58,829 nucleotides of DNA from an uncultured Flavobacteriales bacterium (GTDB lineage Bacteria > Bacteroidota > Bacteroidia > Flavobacteriales > BACL11): the NCBI GenBank assembly GCA_905478185.1, contig CAJQHO010000007.1, positions 1-58,829 on the forward strand, read 5' to 3'. Below are positions 48,961-58,829 of this stretch, piece by piece. Within the stretch, counting starts at the first letter, position 1; each line of letters starts with the position of its first letter. A model generated the notes under the pieces. The model made no database searches. It was not told the DNA's origin and was given only the letters and a program-made list of their open reading frames with translations. A program made the translations under genes and the position numbers.

Positions 48961-50856
48961 ATGAGTAAAAAAATAACTTCCTTAGATCAGTATCGAATTG
49001 AATATGCAAAAAGCATTGAAAATCCAGAAGCATTTTGGGAAGAAAAAGCAATAAAATTTTCTTGGTATAAAAAATGGGATAAGGTGCTTTCATGGGATTT
49101 TACTAAACCTGAAGTAATCTGGTTTGAAGAAGGGAAATTAAATATTACTGAAAATTGTATAGATAGGCACTTAGAAAAAAGAGGCAATCAAACTGCAATA
49201 AAATGGGTTGCGAACAACCCAAAAGAAGCAATTAGAAATATTTCATACAAAGAGTTGCATGCTGAAGTGTGCAAATTCGCTAATGTTTTAAAAAATAATG
49301 GCGTAAAAAAAGGAGATAGAATTTGCCTATACATGCCTATGGTCCCTGAATTGGCTATTGCTGTTTTGGCTTGTGCCAGAATTGGCGCAATACACTCAGT
49401 TGTATTTGCTGGATTTTCTGCAAAATCACTTTCAGATAGAATCAATGATGCAGATTGCAATATCCTTATTACTGCAGATGGCGGATTTAGAGGTGCAAAA
49501 ATTACTCCCTTAAAAGATATTTCAGATGAGGCAATGCAAACCACTCCTTCAATAGAAAAATGCATAGTTTTAGAACGTACAAAAAATACAATTTCTATGA
49601 AAAATGGCAGAGATGTTTGGTGGCATGAAGAAATGCTAAAAGTTACTTCTAACTGTCCAATCGAAATAATGGATGCAGAAGCCCCACTCTTTATTTTATA
49701 TACTTCTGGCTCAACAGGAAAGCCCAAAGGGATTCAGCATTCAACTGCTGGCTATATGATTTATACTGAATACAGTTTCAGAAATGTTTTTCAATATAAT
49801 GAAGGTGATATTTATTGGTGTACTGCCGATATTGGTTGGATTACTGGGCACTCATATATAGTTTACGGTCCGCTTTTAGCAGGGGCAACAACAATGATGT
49901 TTGAAGGAGTTCCTTCTTATCCTGATGCAGGGAGATTTTGGCAAATTGTTGAAGAAAATAAAGTCAATATTTTTTATACTGCACCTACTGCTATTCGAGC
50001 TTTGGAAGCAAAAGGATTGGATTTTGTAAAGCCTTATGATTTATCTTCATTAAAAGTTTTAGGTACAGTTGGAGAACCCATAAATGAAGATGCTTGGCAT
50101 TGGTATGACAAAGAAATTGGAAAAGGGAACGCTCCTATTGTAGATACTTGGTGGCAAACAGAAACAGGAGGAATTATGATTTCGAATTTAGCAGGCGTTA
50201 CTTCAGCCAAACCTACTTTTGCTACACTTCCACTTCCTGGAATTCAACCTTGTTTATTAGATGAAAAAGGGCAAGAAATTGAAGGTAATTCTGTTGAAGG
50301 TAGATTATGTATGAAATTTCCTTGGCCTTCAATAGCTCGCACAATTTATGGTGATCATAAGAGATTTAAAGAAACTTATTTCTCTACTTTTCCTAAAAAA
50401 TATTTTACTGGAGATGGAGCGTTAAGAGATGAAAATGGAATGTACAGAATTACGGGAAGAGTAGATGATGTACTAATTGTTTCAGGGCATAATTTAGGCA
50501 CTGCTGAAATTGAAAGTGCAATGGATGAACATGAAAATGTTTGTGAAACAGCCATTGTTGGGTTCCCTCATCCTATAAAAGGAAATGGCGTTTATGCCTA
50601 TGTTATTTGCCACAATAAACCACACAATGAAGTTGCTCTTAAAAATGAAATAAATGATTTAGTAACTAAAAATGTAGGGCCTATTGCTAAAGCAGATAAA
50701 ATTCAGTTTGTAAGTGGATTGCCAAAAACTCGTTCAGGAAAAATTATGAGAAGAATTTTAAGAAAAATTGCTGAAGGAGATACTCAAAATTTGGGAGATA
50801 CGAGCACGCTATTAGACCCTTCGGTTGTTGAGGAAATCAAAAGTTCAGCACAATAA
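48961..50856 (+). CDS. acs: Acetate--CoA ligase
   Basis: YTSGSTGKPKG, DTWWQTETGG and LPKTRSGKIMRR. Confidence 0.97.
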   Translation: MSKKITSLDQYRIEYAKSIENPEAFWEEKAIKFSWYKKWDKVLSWDFTKPEVIWFEEGKLNITENCIDRHLEKRGNQTAIKWVANNPKEAIRNISYKELHAEVCKFANVLKNNGVKKGDRICLYMPMVPELAIAVLACARIGAIHSVVFAGFSAKSLSDRINDADCNILITADGGFRGAKITPLKDISDEAMQTTPSIEKCIVLERTKNTISMKNGRDVWWHEEMLKVTSNCPIEIMDAEAPLFILYTSGSTGKPKGIQHSTAGYMIYTEYSFRNVFQYNEGDIYWCTADIGWITGHSYIVYGPLLAGATTMMFEGVPSYPDAGRFWQIVEENKVNIFYTAPTAIRALEAKGLDFVKPYDLSSLKVLGTVGEPINEDAWHWYDKEIGKGNAPIVDTWWQTETGGIMISNLAGVTSAKPTFATLPLPGIQPCLLDEKGQEIEGNSVEGRLCMKFPWPSIARTIYGDHKRFKETYFSTFPKKYFTGDGALRDENGMYRITGRVDDVLIVSGHNLGTAEIESAMDEHENVCETAIVGFPHPIKGNGVYAYVICHNKPHNEVALKNEINDLVTKNVGPIAKADKIQFVSGLPKTRSGKIMRRILRKIAEGDTQNLGDTSTLLDPSVVEEIKSSAQ

Positions 50857-50891
50857 TCATTTTCTAACTCAGTTTATCTATTTTTGCACTT

Positions 50892-51623
50892 ATGTCAGAT
50901 AGTTTAATAATCATACCAACATATAAGGAGAAGGAGAATATCGAAAAGATAATTCGTAAGGTTTTTTCTTTAGAAAAATCTTTCCATATTTTAATTGTTG
51001 ATGATGGGTCCCCTGATGGAACTGCTGCAATTGTAAAAAATTTACAAACAGAATTCCAAGAGCAATTACATATTGAAGAAAGAACTGGAAAACTTGGTTT
51101 AGGAACTGCTTATATTCATGGATTCAAATGGGCTTTAGCAAAAGACTACCAATTTATTTTTGAGATGGATGCTGATTTTTCACACAATCCTGATGATTTA
51201 ATTCGCCTATACAATGCTAATGCTAATGAGGGTGGAGATTTATCCATTGGCTCACGATATGTAAAAGGGGTAAATATTGTAAATTGGCCAATGGCTCGTT
51301 TACTCATGTCATTTTTTGCATCAAAATATGTGAAATTTATTACGGGAATGCCAATACATGATTCAACTGCAGGATTTAAATGCTACAAAAGAAAAGTTTT
51401 AGAAACCATCAATTTTGACAAAATCCTATTTGTAGGTTATGCTTTTCAAATTGAGATGAAATTCAAAGCCTGGAAATATGGATTTAATGTTGTTGAAGTT
51501 CCTGTAATATTTACTGACAGAACTGAAGGAACATCTAAAATGAGTGGAGGTATATTTATGGAAGCTGTAATTGGGGTAATCCAAATGAAACTCAAAAGTT
51601 TTTTTAGAAACTGGAAAAGATAA
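50892..51623 (+). CDS. Polyprenol monophosphomannose synthase (GT2)
   Basis: IIPTY.E.EN, VDDGSPDGT, KLGLGTAY and EMDADFSH.P. Confidence 0.92.
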   Translation: MSDSLIIIPTYKEKENIEKIIRKVFSLEKSFHILIVDDGSPDGTAAIVKNLQTEFQEQLHIEERTGKLGLGTAYIHGFKWALAKDYQFIFEMDADFSHNPDDLIRLYNANANEGGDLSIGSRYVKGVNIVNWPMARLLMSFFASKYVKFITGMPIHDSTAGFKCYKRKVLETINFDKILFVGYAFQIEMKFKAWKYGFNVVEVPVIFTDRTEGTSKMSGGIFMEAVIGVIQMKLKSFFRNWKR

Positions 51624-51626
51624 ACA

Positions 51627-52958
51627 ATGCTAATACTTATTAAAAACGCACAACTTGTAAATGAAGGAAGAATTTACAAAGCAGATGTTTTGATTGAAAA
51701 TAAGACCATCAAACAAATTGATACGAAAATTAATATTGAGGTCGACAAAATTATTGATGCGAAAGGTTTGCATTTAGTTCCTGGCGTAATTGATGATCAA
51801 GTACATTTCAGAGAACCAGGATTGACACACAAAGCAAATATTTATACTGAAAGCAAAGCTGCAATTGCTGGAGGGATTACTTCCTTTATGGAAATGCCAA
51901 ATACAAACCCTCAAGCCTTAACGCAAGAATTATTACAAGATAAATACAAAATTGCAGCAGAAACTTCAATTGCTAATTACAGCTTTTTTATGGGAGCAAG
52001 TAATGATAATTTAGAAGAAGTACTAAAAACTGATCCCAAAACAGTTGCGGCAATTAAAATATTTATGGGCTCTTCTACAGGCAATATGTTAGTGGACAAC
52101 AAAAGTGTTTTAGAAGAAATTTTTTCTAAATCCTCAATGTTAATTGCAGTGCATTGTGAAGATGAGGAGACAATACAAGAAAATACAATTGCCGCAAAAA
52201 AGGAGTTTGGAGACGCAGTGCCCATTAGCGAACATCCAAATATCAGAAGTGCTGTGGCCTGCTATAAATCCTCATCAATGGCTGTAGAGCTTGCAAAAAA
52301 GCACAACACAAGGCTTCATGTTTTTCATCTTTCTACCGAAAAAGAAATTGAACTTTTTGAGAATTCATTGCCTTTAGCAGAAAAACGAATTACAGCTGAG
52401 GTTTGTATACATCACCTTTGGTTTGATGAGAGTAAATATGCTGAAAAGGGAACTCTTATAAAATGGAATCCTGCTGTAAAAAAAGAAAGTGATAAAAATG
52501 CGCTATTCCAAGCATTACTAGATGACAAATTAGATGTAATTGCAACCGATCATGCCCCTCATACTTTGGGAGAAAAAAGCAATACTTATTTTAATGCCCC
52601 ATCAGGAGGCCCGCTTGTTCAACATGCTTTACCTGTAATGCTTGCTTTTGTTAATCAAGGGAAAATAAGCATTGAAAAAGTAGTAGAAAAGATGTGTCAT
52701 AATCCTGCTATTTGTTTTCAAGTTAAAAATAGAGGCTTTATTCGTGAGGGTTATTTTGCCGATTTAGTTTTGGTAGATTTGGACAACCCTTGGGAAGTTG
52801 CTAAAGATAATATTTTATACAAATGCGGATGGTCGCCTTTTGAAGGAGAAACATTTAATGCAAAAATCACACATACTTTTGTTAACGGACATATTGCTTA
52901 TGAATATGGAAGTTTTGATGAGACCAATAGAGGAATGCGACTTGCTTTTGATAGATAA
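51627..52958 (+). CDS. pyrC: Dihydroorotase
   Basis: DDQVHFREPG, EMPNT.P, KWNP and IATDHAPH. Confidence 0.9.
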   Translation: MLILIKNAQLVNEGRIYKADVLIENKTIKQIDTKINIEVDKIIDAKGLHLVPGVIDDQVHFREPGLTHKANIYTESKAAIAGGITSFMEMPNTNPQALTQELLQDKYKIAAETSIANYSFFMGASNDNLEEVLKTDPKTVAAIKIFMGSSTGNMLVDNKSVLEEIFSKSSMLIAVHCEDEETIQENTIAAKKEFGDAVPISEHPNIRSAVACYKSSSMAVELAKKHNTRLHVFHLSTEKEIELFENSLPLAEKRITAEVCIHHLWFDESKYAEKGTLIKWNPAVKKESDKNALFQALLDDKLDVIATDHAPHTLGEKSNTYFNAPSGGPLVQHALPVMLAFVNQGKISIEKVVEKMCHNPAICFQVKNRGFIREGYFADLVLVDLDNPWEVAKDNILYKCGWSPFEGETFNAKITHTFVNGHIAYEYGSFDETNRGMRLAFDR

Positions 52959-52962
52959 AAAC

Positions 52963-52992
52963 AAAAAAGGCACCTAAATGGATGCCTTTTTT
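52963..52992. terminator. Bidirectional terminator between convergent genes
   Basis: AAAAAAGGCA-N10-TGCCTTTTTT. Confidence 0.8.
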
Positions 52993-53015
52993 TTAATTTA
53001 TCTGAATAAGAATTC

Positions 53016-53336
53016 TTATTCGTGACTGTGGCCATCATCATCATGATTGTGAGCTTCATCTGCTGCAGCAGCATCACCATGACAAGAACCATCACAAGTA
53101 GCATCACCACAACAACAAGCAGCAGCAGGAGCAGCAGGAGCACAACAAGAATGGTCTTCTAAACAAGTACCACCTTCAACTTGGCAACCAACAGCTTCAG
53201 CTACTTCTTCAGTTGTAGTTTCAACTACTTCTTCAGTTGTAGTTTCAACAGTTTCTTCAGTTGCAGTTTCTCCTCCTCCACAAGCTGTGAATGCGAACAT
53301 TGTTCCTGCAACAAATAAATACATTAATTTTTTCAT
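53016..53336 (-). CDS. Small acidic lipoprotein with a Cys/His-rich C-terminus
   Basis: ATG 53336: MKKLMYLFVAGTMFAFTAC lipobox; ETTTEEVV repeats; 9 Cys and 6 His in the last 57 aa; TATATTTG box at 53366-53373. Confidence 0.82.
   Translation of the reverse strand: MKKLMYLFVAGTMFAFTACGGGETATEETVETTTEEVVETTTEEVAEAVGCQVEGGTCLEDHSCCAPAAPAAACCCGDATCDGSCHGDAAAADEAHNHDDDGHSHE
53201..53248. repeat. 24-bp tandem repeat, two perfect copies plus a degenerate third
   Basis: CTACTTCTTCAGTTGTAGTTTCAA x2, encoding the ETTTEEVV linker. Confidence 0.88.
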
Positions 53337-53409
53337 CTTAAATTTTGTTTGATTAATAATTAGGGCAAATATACACAAATCAGTGCAGTAAATACAATAT
53401 CTTTGTATT

Positions 53410-53751
53410 GTGAAAAATTATTTGTTTATACTTATTTGTTTATTGTTTTCTTGTAGCAATTCTGATGAAAAAATACCTGAGAATATCTTATCAGAGAATA
53501 CCTTTGAAAGTAACTTAAAAGAAATTCATTTGGCAGAAGCAACTTTTGAATTACATAAAACAAAAGGACTGGGGAAAGCAAAAAATGAATTAGCAAATTC
53601 TTATCAAAATATCTACTCAGAATATACTATTTCAGAAGAAGAATTTAAATTAACTTTAGAGTATTATTCAAATCACCCTGAAAAGTTAGAAAAAATTTAT
53701 GACAAAGTATTAGAAGAGTTGACAAAGGAAAGAACTACTTTAAATCCTTAA
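53410..53751 (+). CDS. DUF4296-like lipoprotein
   Basis: Lipobox LFSC; IP.NILS...L.EIHLAEA; F...LEYY..HP..L..IY..V; TATCTTTG at 53398-53405. Confidence 0.8.
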   Translation: MKNYLFILICLLFSCSNSDEKIPENILSENTFESNLKEIHLAEATFELHKTKGLGKAKNELANSYQNIYSEYTISEEEFKLTLEYYSNHPEKLEKIYDKVLEELTKERTTLNP

Positions 53752-54739
53752 TAAACCAATCAGCATACTTTTTTATTGTAGCATCAATGTCCGTGAAATT
53801 AAAGTTGATAACCTCTTTAATTTTAGCAGCTGAAAAAGAACTATTTGTCATTGCGCTATTAGCTGTTTCTCTAGTTAATAATGCTTTAGTTCCCAAAATA
53901 TATGAACGCACAGATTCCATTCTCCAAGCAATTTCTTTTAATAATTGAGTGACTTTTATAGTCGCTTTTGGTTTACTAAAAGCAACTGCAATCCTATCAA
54001 AACAATCACGATATTTTAGGTTTGCACCATTCACAATAAAGCGTTCATTCTTTACATCAGAAAATAAAAGAGCAACTAAAGAAGTAGCAACATCTACAAC
54101 ATCTACATAACCCGTACTTCCTGGGGTGTAAAATTTCAAGCCTGAATGTATCTTTTGAAAAATTTGAGAGCTTCCTTTATTCCAATCTCCAGGACCAAGT
54201 ATTACTGATGGATTTACAATTACAACATTCAATCCCTCCTGAGATGCACGCCAAACTTCTTGCTCGGCATAATATTTACTAAGCGCATAATTGCTATCCA
54301 ATTTTGTTGCTTTAAAATGACATTCTTCATCAACAATACCTTCAGTTGAATTACGCCCCAAAGCTGCAATTGAGCTTACAAATCCTATTTTTTTTACTCC
54401 TGAAGTCAAAGCCACATTCATCACATTTGCAGTTCCTTCAATATTTACTTTTTTCAAAAGTTCAGCATCAGAAGGTTGAAAAGAAACGACAGCAGCACAG
54501 TGTAAAACTTGCACACAATTTTGCATTCCACTTTCCAAAGAAGGAATATCATTTACATCACCTACAACCCAATTTATCTTCTCAAATAAATCCTCAGCAT
54601 TGTAATGTTTAAAAATATTTTCGCAAATAGATAAAGAAGAAGAATCTCTTTTAAGCGCTTTGAATTGTTCTCCCTTTTTAGATAATACAAGTAAAATATG
54701 CGAACCAACAAGTCCAGTCCCTCCAGTAACAAATATCAT
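53735..54739 (-). CDS. NAD-dependent epimerase/dehydratase family protein
   Basis: VTGGTGLVG, HCAA.VSF, N..GT.NV and YALSK. Confidence 0.92.
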   Translation of the reverse strand: MIFVTGGTGLVGSHILLVLSKKGEQFKALKRDSSSLSICENIFKHYNAEDLFEKINWVVGDVNDIPSLESGMQNCVQVLHCAAVVSFQPSDAELLKKVNIEGTANVMNVALTSGVKKIGFVSSIAALGRNSTEGIVDEECHFKATKLDSNYALSKYYAEQEVWRASQEGLNVVIVNPSVILGPGDWNKGSSQIFQKIHSGLKFYTPGSTGYVDVVDVATSLVALLFSDVKNERFIVNGANLKYRDCFDRIAVAFSKPKATIKVTQLLKEIAWRMESVRSYILGTKALLTRETANSAMTNSSFSAAKIKEVINFNFTDIDATIKKYADWFIKDLK

Positions 54740-54757
54740 AAGGCAAAGATAGGGGAA

Positions 54758-54792
54758 TAGATTTTAGATATTAGATATTAGACATCAGATTT
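54758..54792. repeat. Heptamer tandem repeat (TAGATAT-like, 5 units)
   Basis: TAGATTT TAGATAT TAGATAT TAGACAT CAGATTT between divergent -7 boxes at 54744-54751 (-) and 54805-54812 (+). Confidence 0.75.
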
Positions 54793-54828
54793 AGAATAAT
54801 TGTCTATTTTTGACAAAAATTATAAGAA

Positions 54829-56097
54829 ATGAATTTTGTAGAAGAATTAAAATGGAGAGGAATGATACACGATATCATGCCAGGAACACAGAAGCAATTT
54901 GAAAAAGAAATGACTTCTGCCTATATTGGTTTTGATCCTACTGCTGATTCCCTACACATTGGGAGTTTAGTTCAGATTATGATTTTGGTGCATTTGCAAA
55001 GATGTGGACATAAACCTTTTGCTTTAGTTGGGGGTGCTACCGGTATGGTTGGAGATCCTTCAGGGAAAAGTAAGGAGCGTAATTTCTTGGACGAAAAAGC
55101 TCTAAATCATAATTTAGCATCTGTACAAAAACAATTGGAACAATTTTTGGATTTTGATTGCGGAGCAAACTCTGCTGAAGTAGTAAATAATTACGATTGG
55201 TTTAAGGAGTTTAATTTCTTGGATTTTATCCGCGATGTTGGGAAACATATGTCGGTTAATTATATGATGGCAAAGGATTCTGTAAAAAGCAGGTTGGAAA
55301 CAGGAATGAGTTTTACCGAATTTTCATACCAATTAGTGCAAGGTTATGATTTTTACTGGCTTTGGAAAAACAAAAATTGCAAAGTACAATTAGGGGGTTC
55401 TGACCAATGGGGAAACATAGTAACCGGAACAGAATTAGTAAGAAGAAAAGGAGAAGGGAAAGCATTTGCAATAACCACTCCACTGATAAAAAAAGCAGAT
55501 GGCGGTAAGTTTGGAAAAACTGAAACGGGGAATGTTTGGTTAGATAAAACAAAAACATCTCCTTATAAATTCTACCAGTTTTGGCTAAACTCATCAGATA
55601 AAGATGCTAAAAACTACATCAAAATTTTTACTCTTTTATCTCAAACAGAAATAGAAAAGTTAATTGCAGAACATGATGAAAGTCCTCATTTAAGGGTTTT
55701 ACAAAAAGCAATTGCGGAGGAAGTAACTACAAGAGTACATAGTAAAGAAGATTTGGAAATGGCTATAAAAGCATCCAATATTTTATTCGGAAAATCAACT
55801 GCTGAAGACTTAAAAAGTTTGGATGAAGAAACTTTTCTTTCTGTATTTGAAGGGGTGCCGCAATTTGAAATGAGCAAAGCCGATTTGAACTTAGGTATTT
55901 TGGATATAGTAGCTGATAAAACTAAAATTTTTGCAAGTAAAGGAGAGGTAAGAAGAATGATAAAATCAAATGCAGTAAGTATTAACAAAGAGAAAATTAC
56001 TGAAGATGTTCAACTTACAGAAAATGACTTGTTAAACGGGAAATACATACTAGCACAAAAGGGAAAGAAGAATTACTTTTTGATTATTGTCTCCTAA
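54829..56097 (+). CDS. tyrS: Tyrosine--tRNA ligase
   Basis: [30 protein letters not shown] and a C-terminal S4-like domain. Confidence 0.98.
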   Translation: MNFVEELKWRGMIHDIMPGTQKQFEKEMTSAYIGFDPTADSLHIGSLVQIMILVHLQRCGHKPFALVGGATGMVGDPSGKSKERNFLDEKALNHNLASVQKQLEQFLDFDCGANSAEVVNNYDWFKEFNFLDFIRDVGKHMSVNYMMAKDSVKSRLETGMSFTEFSYQLVQGYDFYWLWKNKNCKVQLGGSDQWGNIVTGTELVRRKGEGKAFAITTPLIKKADGGKFGKTETGNVWLDKTKTSPYKFYQFWLNSSDKDAKNYIKIFTLLSQTEIEKLIAEHDESPHLRVLQKAIAEEVTTRVHSKEDLEMAIKASNILFGKSTAEDLKSLDEETFLSVFEGVPQFEMSKADLNLGILDIVADKTKIFASKGEVRRMIKSNAVSINKEKITEDVQLTENDLLNGKYILAQKGKKNYFLIIVS

Positions 56098-56536
56098 CAC
56101 TTTTCAAAGCCTTTGCTAACTCATTGTGTTTTTGGCTGCCGAACATAATATTCAGTCCATTTTTCAGGAAAATTTTTACTCCTTTATTTCCGCTCACATT
56201 ATAGGCCTTTCCTTTAAATCCGTATTTAATTCCCCAACCACCATATTCTTTTAGGGGAGAGTATTCCATAGCCTTTATGCTTTCAATATCTTCTATATCA
56301 ATAGTGTGAGATTTAAAATGAAATGGAAAAAATTGGTAGTGCAATCCTTTATTACTGACTTTAATTCTTAACTCAAATAAATAAAAAATCAAGGGCAGCA
56401 TAAATCCAATTAACACATAGTTTATATTAATTTCATTTTCATCAAAAGGACCAAAAGACATAATTGGGAAAGACAATAAAATAACCCACAACCACCATTG
56501 AGTAAATTTTTGGTTTTCTTCAAATAGGTATTTCAT
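56084..56536 (-). CDS. Hypothetical membrane protein (DUF6141-like)
   Basis: [13 protein letters not shown], two short TM segments, [12 protein letters not shown] and [10 protein letters not shown]. Confidence 0.75.
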   Translation of the reverse strand: MKYLFEENQKFTQWWLWVILLSFPIMSFGPFDENEININYVLIGFMLPLIFYLFELRIKVSNKGLHYQFFPFHFKSHTIDIEDIESIKAMEYSPLKEYGGWGIKYGFKGKAYNVSGNKGVKIFLKNGLNIMFGSQKHNELAKALKSVRRQ

Positions 56537-58643
56537 TATTTCATTAATTTCTGAGCCTTCATAATATTAGTAGTTGGCAATTGACAAGCCTTATTTTCGC
56601 AAACATAAATCATAGTTGTTCCTTGTACAAATTTTTCTTGCAATAATTCCATTTCACTTGCCTTAACGCTACCCAAAAATAACTTATTGGGCACATATTT
56701 TTTATTCAACTCTAATGCCTTAGCATGCGCATCTTTCCCTACAATTGCCACTTCATAAAAAGGAACAATTTCTTTTAACATCAATGCAGCATAATTAGCA
56801 TATCCACTAGCATATTTTTCCATATCAGGCTTTACATTATTGGCCATAATGATTGCCTTTTGTTTGTAAATCCTGTTATCCAAAAGCGTACCTAAATCGT
56901 ACAAAACATTTGCCATTACCGAATTAGAAGCAGGAATTACATTATCGTTAATTTCCATTTTTCTGGCAACTAATTCAGGATCCAACTTGGAAGTAAAATA
57001 GAACATCCCAGAATTTTTATCGTAAAAATTTTCCAAAGCATAAGCTACTAATTGATTAGCTCTGCTTAACCAAACTTCATCAAAAGTTGCTTCATAAAGG
57101 CGAATAAATGCCGAGCTTACAATAGCATAATCTTCCAAATAAGCATTAATAGTTGAGCGTCCATCTTTGTAAGAATGCCATAATTTTCCATCTTCTTGCA
57201 TTTGAGTTTTGGCTAAGAAATTTGCATTCTTTAAAGCCACTTCCAAATGTTGTTTTTCGCCAAAGGTCATGTAGGCATCCACATATCCTTTTAGCATTAA
57301 TCCATTCCAAGAAGTTAAGGACTTATCATCCAGCCCTGGGCGAATGCGTTTAGCTCTTTCTGCCATCAAAACAGTTTTCCAATTTACTATTTTAGCCTCT
57401 AGTTCTGAAACAGAAATTTTATGCTTTTTAGCAATCTGTTTTTTGGTTTTCTTCCTTAGCAATATATAATTTCTATGTTCCCAAAGTCCTTTACTGTTCA
57501 CATTGTAATAGTCCTTAAAAATTTCAAAATCCTCACAGATAAATAATTTTAATTCGGTTTCATTCCACACATAAAACTTCCCCTCCTCTCCTTCACTATC
57601 GGCATCAAGGGCAGAATAAAAAGCTCCATTTTCTGCCATTAACTCACGCTCAATAAAATCAAGTGTTTCAAAAACTACCTCTTTATATAATGGCTTTTTA
57701 AATTTCAGATACCCATCCGCATACAAGCTTACAAGCTGCCCATTATCATAAAGCATCTTTTCAAAATGGGGAGCTTTCCATAATTTGTCAACCGAATAGC
57801 GTGCGAAACCTCCTCCAATCTGGTCATAAATTCCACCAAAAGCCATCTTGTCCATAGTAAGTTCAATATGATCTAATACCTCTTTGTTATTGGAAAGATG
57901 AGCATATTTTAGTAAAAAATGATAAGCGTTTGGCATAGGGAATTTTGGGGCGCCATTGCTCCCTCCATCCCTATTATCAAAGCGTTCAGACCAAGGGCTA
58001 ACCATATTATTCAAATGCTTCCAAGTAAAATTAACCTCTTCAGTATTCAAGCCAATCTTTTCAACTTCTTGTATTCCTCTTGTAAGCCTATCTGCAAATT
58101 CAATAACTCTATTGGGTTCCGTTTTATAGGTCTTTGCTAATCCTAGAATTTGCTTTTTCCAATCTTCTTTTCTGAAATAAGTGCCTCCCCAAAATGGTTT
58201 TCCATTTGGTAAGGCTACACAATTAAGTGGCCAACCCCCTCTTTGGTTCATGAGCTGTACTGCTGTCATATATATCTGATCAATATCAGGTCTCTCCTCC
58301 CTGTCTACTTTAATGCAAATAAAATTATCATTCATAATTTTTGCTACCTCAGCATCCTCAAAACTTTCATGTTCCATTACATGACACCAATGGCAAGCAG
58401 AATATCCAATACTAATCAATAGTAACTTTCCCTCTGATTTTGCTTTATCCAAAGTTTGCTCATTCCAAGGATGCCAATCCACAGGATTATGAGCATGTTG
58501 TAACAAATAAGGGCTTGTTTCATTTACTAAGGCATTTGTATATTCGTGTGTTTTTTCCACAGTTTTAGTTTCTTGATGTTGGCTATTGCAACTTAATGTA
58601 AGAAATAAACATATTCCTACAAATAAATAAATGAACCTCTCAT
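56536..58643 (-). CDS. YyaL/SSP411-family thioredoxin-domain protein, probable lipoprotein; 5' end apparently frameshifted
   Basis: [37 protein letters not shown] and [13 protein letters not shown] 58643 is one base out of frame with [16 protein letters not shown]. Confidence 0.88.
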
Positions 58644-58726
58644 AAATCTGTTGTATGGTATAAAAGTAGAGAAAAATAACTACTTCTACAAATAACAGAT
58701 TATAGAGTAACTTATTGCTAAAAAGT

Positions 58727-58829
58727 TTAATATGACTTTGCGTAATTTGCAAAGAAATGAGGGATTGTTTCTATTCCTTTCAGGTAATTGAAAATACCAT
58801 AATGCTCATTAGGAGAATGAATTGCATCC
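58727..58829 (-). CDS. C-terminal fragment of an M20-family dipeptidase (rest beyond the window)
   Basis: Hand translation [33 protein letters not shown]; the HSPNE motif is typical of M20 peptidases. Confidence 0.8.
   Translation of the reverse strand, partial: DAIHSPNEHYGIFNYLKGIETIPHFFANYAKSY

Noticed and set aside
2757-58140. Many 60-190 aa antisense or alternate-frame ORFs in the track (e.g. 3921..4250, 13823..14236, 23459..24019, 49188..49727)
   Set aside because: They lie within well-supported genes, have no recognisable motifs and are expected shadows of codon bias.
58666-58675. GTAGAGAAAA, matching the first 10 nt of the 27-nt tail motif
   Set aside because: Too short and A-rich, and the match does not extend.

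Overview
AT-rich chromosomal window from a Bacteroidota (Flavobacteriales-like) genome, judged from T9SS sorting domains, TAnnTTTG -7 promoter boxes and the yceD-rpmF-plsX-fabH-accB-accC order. Most of it is housekeeping (ispG, purT, ribE, mqnC, pepA, pdxA, acs, pyrC, tyrS). It also holds a MacAB-TolC-type exporter, an N-glycan degradation operon (cutC, GH2, glycosylasparaginase, GH20, two GH92, MFS transporter, iodotyrosine-deiodinase-like flavoprotein) and a lamin-tail / TonB receptor / phospholipase-D trio. I found no rRNA, tRNA, CRISPR array, integrase or transposase. The most unusual signal is at the DNA level. Six co-oriented, otherwise unrelated exported-protein genes at 1-3285 begin with the same nucleotide block (ATGAAAAAACTACTACTTATATTA..., MKKLLLIL...; four full or near-full copies, two partial). 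About 32 kb away a small gene with this block sits inside the glycan operon. It is followed by an exact 12-nt copy of an array spacer fused to an exact 27-nt copy of an array gene's 3' end. This looks like a cassette system that shuffles secreted-protein genes through shared signal-peptide and C-terminal-tail sequences. The mechanism is inference, and no recombinase is visible here. Three genes carry apparent single-base deletions (about 1590, 17197 and 58637), which may be assembly errors. Family assignments are from motif recognition, not database searches.
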